A stretch of 64,000 bases of DNA from Zygnema circumcarinatum SAG 698-1b (taxonomy: Eukaryota > Plantae > Zygnematophyceae), in assembly GCA_037447605.1 (NCBI GenBank), contig CM074815.1, positions 1,240,001 through 1,304,000 on the forward strand. Direction: 5' to 3'. This document shows, in pieces, positions 58,203 to 64,000 of the stretch. How positions within the stretch are numbered: the stretch's first letter is position 1; the number at the start of each line of letters is the position of its first letter. Position numbers and translations under genes: made by a program. The notes beneath the pieces are model-generated. The model ran no database searches. It had not been told where the DNA came from and saw nothing but the letters and a program-made list of their open reading frames with translations.

Positions 58203-61200
58203 CCGACGGACCGACACAAATGAAGGGACCCAACCACGGAAAAGCCCGTTGAGTCGGTTTGGCGAGATTCTTGAGCCAAATGAGCTGACGTGGACGACCT
58301 GATTGGGCGGGAGAGCAGCGCGTCGGCGCCTCCCAAAGTCGGTGAGTTGTCGTCTGTGCGCGCGTTCGAGGTGGTGGGATGCCATGGAATCTAGGGTTTG
58401 GAAGCGGAGGGCCAGGAGCTGAAGCTGGGCTACCCGATTTGGGGGAGGCTCGTCATCGTAGAAGAGGGGCTCAGCAGAGAGGAGGTCAAGGGGAATGCGG
58501 GGCTTACGGCCATAGAGGAGCTCGTAGGGAGAGAAGCCAGTGGAGGAGTGCACCGAAGTGTTGTAAGTGAAGACCAGGGAGGGGATGACCTCGCGCCAAT
58601 CCGCCTCCAGCTCCGCGCAGCCGCGAACACACGCGTCCTTGACGGTCTGTATGGTACGTTCTGCAAGCCCATTCTGCCAGGGGGAGTAGGGGCTAGAGGT
58701 GCGGTGAATGATGCGGAAGTCTTGCATGAGCTTGGCAAACGCCCCCTTGTATTCGGTGCCATTGTTAGAGTGAACAGAGTAGGGGAGAGAGTGACGGTGA
58801 ATGATGGCCGTCAAGAGACGAGCAAAGTGGACTGAGTGCTTAGATTCTGTCGCGTGAACTTCCACCCATTTGGTGTATCTGTCCACTGCTAGGAATACCC
58901 GAATGTAGCCAGAGGGGGTGCCGAGTTGGGGGATAGAAAAGGTGTCAATGTTCCAATCGTCTGCAACGCCTCGTATCGGGATCTCACCCATCTCTAAGGG
59001 TTGGCGGTCGGGGGGAGCAGAGCGCTTGCCGCGTTGGCAACGGGTGCAGGTTTCGACGTATCGGCTCACTGCGCCATGGAGTCCGGGCCAGTAATAGCGC
59101 TCCTGCAGCATGGCGACCATCTTCTTCTGCCCAAGGTGGAATCCGGCAGGCTGGGCATCGTGGGCGACATCCAAGATCTCCATGCGCTTCGTTAGAGAGC
59201 GAGGAAAGGCGGAGGAAGTGAGTCGACCATCATCATCGCGAAGTTCCGGCCTTGGCCGAGGCTGGCCAAAGCCCGGTATGCATTGATAAAAGAGGCGTGT
59301 GTGAGTCATGGCATGCTTACTTGAGAGAGGAAGTCGAAGTGAACATCATTGCTTGCAGGAAGTAGGGAGGAAGAAAGAGGCAGTAGGTCATCCATGAGAA
59401 GGTTCCCCAGGATCGCATGAGGGTGGTAGTGGGTGAAGTCGGGGTCTTACCCGGCGATGGAGGTGGTGGCATTGGTAGGAATATCAATCGACCCGTCTGC
59501 CGAATATGACATCATGTAGGTCTTGATTGGCAGCCAAAATCTCGATGGGAAGATGCTTTCGAGGTTGAAAGGGGTGGAGTGGGGGATGGGTTGAGCGAGG
59601 CGGATGCGTGACAAGGAGGTGGAGCGAAGGATTTCGGCGAGGCGTGCATTCTTTGTGGCTCCACGTAGGGGCCGGTGAGTGACCTTGAGTACATTATACT
59701 CCTCCAACTACATCACCAACGATGCAAACTTGGGTGCATTAGAGTGCTTCACTTGATGTGCGGCCAAAAGTGAGCAGCATGTAGTGGAGTCCGAATGACA
59801 ATGGCAATAGAGTACACGGTAAAATTTATGAAACCACAAAGCTTCTCGAAGTGCTTGAGGGGAAGTGCTTGTGCCTGCCTCCCGGTAGAGCGTACTTGGT
59901 CTCGGTTTTAGAATAGACCACCGCTATACAAAGCCCGACGGGTGTTTGTCAGGAGAATGCTTGGTGGCCCTTTGCCCCAAAGCCCGTCGACTCCGGTCGG
60001 CGTCGATGATTGTGGGCGGGGGTGGGGGTCGAATTGATCTGAGACAAGGGCACGAGTAGGGCACTTAGGCGCATGGGGCGAATCTAGCGCCCGGCTCCAT
60101 TAAGTGATGGACTCTGTGTTTCTCTCAAGGCATGTAGGGGCCCAGCCTTGATAGGGAGCACTTAACCTTTGATGAGCGGCGATAGAGAAGGAGGTGAGTC
60201 CCCGAGAAAGATTTGAGCTGAGTGAGGTTCTGTGGAACTGGCATGAGGTCAATGGCCTCAATTTTGTCGAGTGATGGCTTCAGTCCATTGATGCCAAGAC
60301 GATGTCCTAGGTGAGTGATCTCCTGATGGCCCCACTTGCATTTCTTGGGGGCAATCTTCAAACGCGCACTGATGAGCTGTTGCAGTACTTGGTCAATGTG
60401 TTGCAGGTGGGAGGACCAATCCTTGCTGTGGAGGGAAGCATCATCCACATACGGTTCGCAGAAGGCACGACAGGGACCGAAGACCTGGTTGGCCAGGCGC
60501 TGGTGAGTTTGGCTGGAATTCTTGAGCTCAAAGGGAAGCACTGTCCACTGCACGAAGCGTGTGGCCGTGCGAAGCCCTGTCTTGCAGCGATCGGCCTGTC
60601 GCAAAAGGGATCTGCCAGAAGGACTTCTGCATATCCAGTGTTGAGAACCACTGGTCATCAGGGGAAACGCCATGGAGGATGAGGTCGACATCCGGCAATG
60701 TATAGGGATCCCACTTCGTCACTGCGTTCAATTTCCGATAGTCTCCACAGAAGCGAAGGGTGCCATCTGGCTTCGGTGGCAAGACAGCCGGGCTGGCCCA
60801 GGGACCTTCTCCGGGTTCCATCAATCCGACAGCCACATTCTCGTCGATCTGTCTTTCGACATCGGCCTGCTGAGCAGCGGAAAAGCGATAAGGGGTCATG
60901 GTCATCACTGGAGGGGAATCTCATTATGATGTGATGCTTTCCAGTCGAGGTGGAGTCTTTAAGATGTAGGTGCATGGCGGGCAAGACTAGGTGATTGCTT
61001 GTATGACACTATGCATGATGCGAATGCTTGATTAGATGCGAGGTATAGGCCCCGTCGCATATGTCCTCTATCTTGACCACTCTTCATCCTTGGTCACAAG
61101 TGAGCGAGGAAAGTTGGAGTGCGGTATCTCCGGCGGCAAAAGTTCTTCCGTCGGCGCCCAGGCCCGACAGGAGGAACAAGAGGAGTCTCGTCCTCACGGT

Positions 61201-61500
61201 GCTCGAGTGCCAAGCGGATCCATACAGGAAGAATGGCCCCAGGCCCGCGCATGTTTATGTTGATCTCGGGGTAGGAGACTGCGCGTGGTATGTCGTTTGT
61301 AAGGGAAGGCGGTGGCAAAGGGGACTGCGAGGATGATGGGGAAGAGCAAGCTGTCGCCCGGCTGAGATAAGTCACGGTAGCCCAGCGTGAAAAAGTAGAT
61401 GCATTGCCCCCATTACTTGATAGGCCAATCACGAGCCAAGCGGGGATAGGAATGCTGGCCCAGGCTGTGATGACGCATTCACGTGGCTCCCATCTCTCCA
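58203..61500 (-). mobile_element. Degraded Ty3/gypsy of a second family (gypsy-2): RT, RNase H and integrase fragments
   Basis: RT GPWASP...GTLRFCGDYRKLN...DPYTLP and EPYVDD. Integrase AHD...H...YYWPG...CTRC, VDRYTKW and NGLAERTIQT, with the second catalytic Asp replaced (HSNNG). gag and 5' LTR probably lie in 61.5-64 kb but could not be delimited. Confidence 0.8.
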
Positions 61501-64000
61501 AAGAGTGATGATCACACGGAGCCTTTGCCCCAAACCTTCATGTAGACTCCCATCAACATGCTCCGGGGGGATGGGTTGTCTTGTCCAGCAACCCACTGTA
61601 GCCTTCATCACTTTGGTTTGGGCCAGGCTGCATGGGCATAGCTCTGTATTTGATCATGGCCTTCTTTGGGATGGCCGGATTCGACCATACATTGTGATGG
61701 TCCTTACGTTGGGTGTTGGGATCGGAGGGAGGGCATGAATGGCGAGGCTAGCCCAGGGGAGAAGCGGCCCCGGAGTGGAAGAAGCGGCGAGTAGCCATGT
61801 GGTGTATGCTCTAGCCCGTGAGGATGTCCGGGAGGAGGTGCCATAGGAACCGTGGGGAAGTAGCGGGAATGGCCCCTCTGCATTTGTCGGCCAGCTTAGG
61901 CAGCAGCGGCAGCACACACTGAAACCTCTTTGCATCAAGCTGTGAAAGGTAATTCCGATCTTAGCCTTGTCCCCCATAAGCTGATGAACCATGCGTTCAA
62001 TCAGGGATAGGCCATCTGTCGAGGGAGGTGGTCGGCGGTCGGCTGCTTGGGGAAGCCAAAGCGGGCTGCGAAGCTGATAGGGAAGGTTCACGTGCATTTC
62101 GGCAAATCGCAGCAGCATGCGGCTCGAGCGTACCCGGCCCAGCCAGCTCCTCACCAGTGAATCGTCAGTTCCCTCCTCCCGGCGTAGATCCCGAGGATGA
62201 CGTGGAAGGAGGGAGGGGCAGGGAAGTTCCTCGGCGAGGGCGGCCGGTGGAGCGATGCAGAGAGGAAGGCGCGCCGTTCCCGGCATTGGCAGCAGGAGGA
62301 ATGGCAGAAGAGGATATGAATGAGGGTCAGCTTTGCTTGACAGGAGCACAGCGCCAGGCCATTACAATCTCGGCGTCGGTGGCGAAGGCACCTGCCGGGA
62401 AATTGATGGGTGATTCGGACCAAGCCGGTTGCAATGCTGTGGCAATCTGGGCAGTGCGGGCGCGGGCAGCCAGATCGGGCTCGACCCCCAATACGTTTGT
62501 CAAGGAAGGGGACTCCATGGGGTGCAGATGGATCGGCGGACGTTGCAGGATGGTATAAGAGGGTGAAGGAGGTGGAGGCGGGCGAAAGGGAACATGAGTT
62601 CTCGATGGTATGTGTGTCGCCGGGAGCATGTCCATGAAAGTGATCTCTGCAGGTGAGCTCCCTGTAGCTGCTTCTTTCCCCTTTCGGGCTTTCTCACTTT
62701 GGAGAGTCTCACTTAAGCATACGAGGGCATCATGTCAGTGATGCGGCAAAAGGTGCGAGGTCCATGGTCCCGCAGCCGCATTGCCCAGGTTGCCCATGAT
62801 TACGTCTTGCGCCAGTGGACAAACGCCCTGCGGAACCCCTCCCTCTGTGTCCGGTGCGCAAATGGCCACACAGCGGCCTCTCTCTTGAGGGTGTCGCGAT
62901 CCGGGATAAGGACCCACTGGAAATAACACAGGCCCGAGAAACGCCGGGTATGAGGATTCACGAAAGGCTCAATAGGATGAGATCATGAGGTATGGAGAAA
63001 GGGAAGGGGCTTGAGTAGTGCTGGCTATAGCGGTACACCCGCGAGGGGGCTGCGGGGCGTCTGATGTTGAGTGTTAGGCTAGTTAGGAACTTGTAATACA
63101 CTAAGTTATTTGGTACTAAGTTCTTAGGGGTGTGCTCATAGTGTCCGAATTGCATGAAGGACCGCCTTAGCGACCGTACAGGCCTTTTGGGGGTGTCTTG
63201 GCGTAGCAGCGCTTCTGGAGGCTGGCCGAGAGAAAACAGGTGTACGGGCTTGGCTGGCGGAAGTGTCTGCGGCCATGGCGGAGTCTTGGTGTGGTGAGAA
63301 GCCTTGAGTGGGGCGCTACAGTGCAAAGGCAGCGATGCGCCGTGAAGTCGCATGTGAACCGATGAAGCAGCGCTGATGAGTAAATACTTGGCCGCGCAAT
63401 CTGGTGCGACTTGATTGGTCGCGAAAGCAGCGATAGCGAGGAAACGCGGAAGCGCAAGTCCCGTGTAGCGAAGATTAGCGGCAATCCCGGCGGCCCGCGT
63501 GGGCCCACTTTCGGTTAGTGGAAGCGCCGTTGGTTGGCTGATGTGCAGCGAAAAATTGGCCAGGAAAATGTCAAAGGACGAGAAGCGAGAGGATACATGC
63601 AGCGGGGCAATCCGTTAATTGATTGTCTGCGTAGGTTCTGAGACCGCAACCGTGGAATCACGGATTTGGTCTTGCAGCTTTCAGAATGCAAGAGGGCTAG
63701 CAATGGTGGGCGTGGCGTGACATCTAATTGATGTCACGTCACCACGGTATAGTAGTATATTATGGAGATTACATTTTGTAGGTGTTAACCTTCTCGTGTC
63801 ATTGGGGGACGTGAGGCTATCTTGCTTTGGGCCTAGAAGATAGTGGGAAGAGTTCAGCTTGTAGTGGGGTGGTGTATTCACATAGCTTGAGTTTAGGTGC
63901 TTGAAGCTTGGCTCTAGAGTTGTCAAGTTGTATTCATCTTTAACTAAGGAGTTTTAGGGCGGAGGCTTTCTCCTTACATCTTCTTCATTCATTTGATGTT

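Noticed and set aside
62890-62930. Possible PBS/LTR boundary of gypsy-2 (...GGATAAGGACCCACTGGAAATAACA)
   Set aside because: No confident tRNA match, and the partner LTR is not visible, so the boundary cannot be supported.
61500-64000. ORFs such as 61654-62349 and 62028-62558 as host or env-like genes
   Set aside because: No recognisable motifs. Context suggests decayed gag, UTR or LTR of gypsy-2.

Overview
Eukaryotic, intron-containing nuclear DNA from a green plant. The gene set and intron style suggest a streptophyte alga, possibly Zygnematophyceae; this is inference. Bases 1-45 kb are gene-dense: UTP14 (5' end outside the window), two divergent secreted GH16 genes with tandem EG16-like domains, RNase H2 subunit B, a DUF3172 protein, SERRATE, anamorsin/DRE2, phytol kinase VTE5, a 65-aa CDC26 and a CCHC/KH protein. 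The GH16 genes form the arms of an old, decayed palindrome whose outer 2,242 bp appear identical, with RNASEH2B in the loop. An intact Ty1/copia element (LTRs, PBS, PPT, GATTT TSD, 1631-aa ORF) sits inside a ~1 kb Mutator-like foldback element between VTE5 and CDC26. Bases 45.7-64 kb are a nested retroelement pile with five 10-N gaps: a solo LTR, a second copia split in its protease by a young Ty3/gypsy (TGTGC TSD), a ~470 bp TRIM with tRNA-derived LTRs whose termini match the gypsy, and a degraded second gypsy. Best leads: the tRNA-LTR TRIM and its candidate helper, the GH16 palindrome, the inactive-plus-active tandem GH16 architecture, CDC26 without TTM3, and GTAC arrays in LTRs and host promoters. 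All alignments and exon calls were made by eye.
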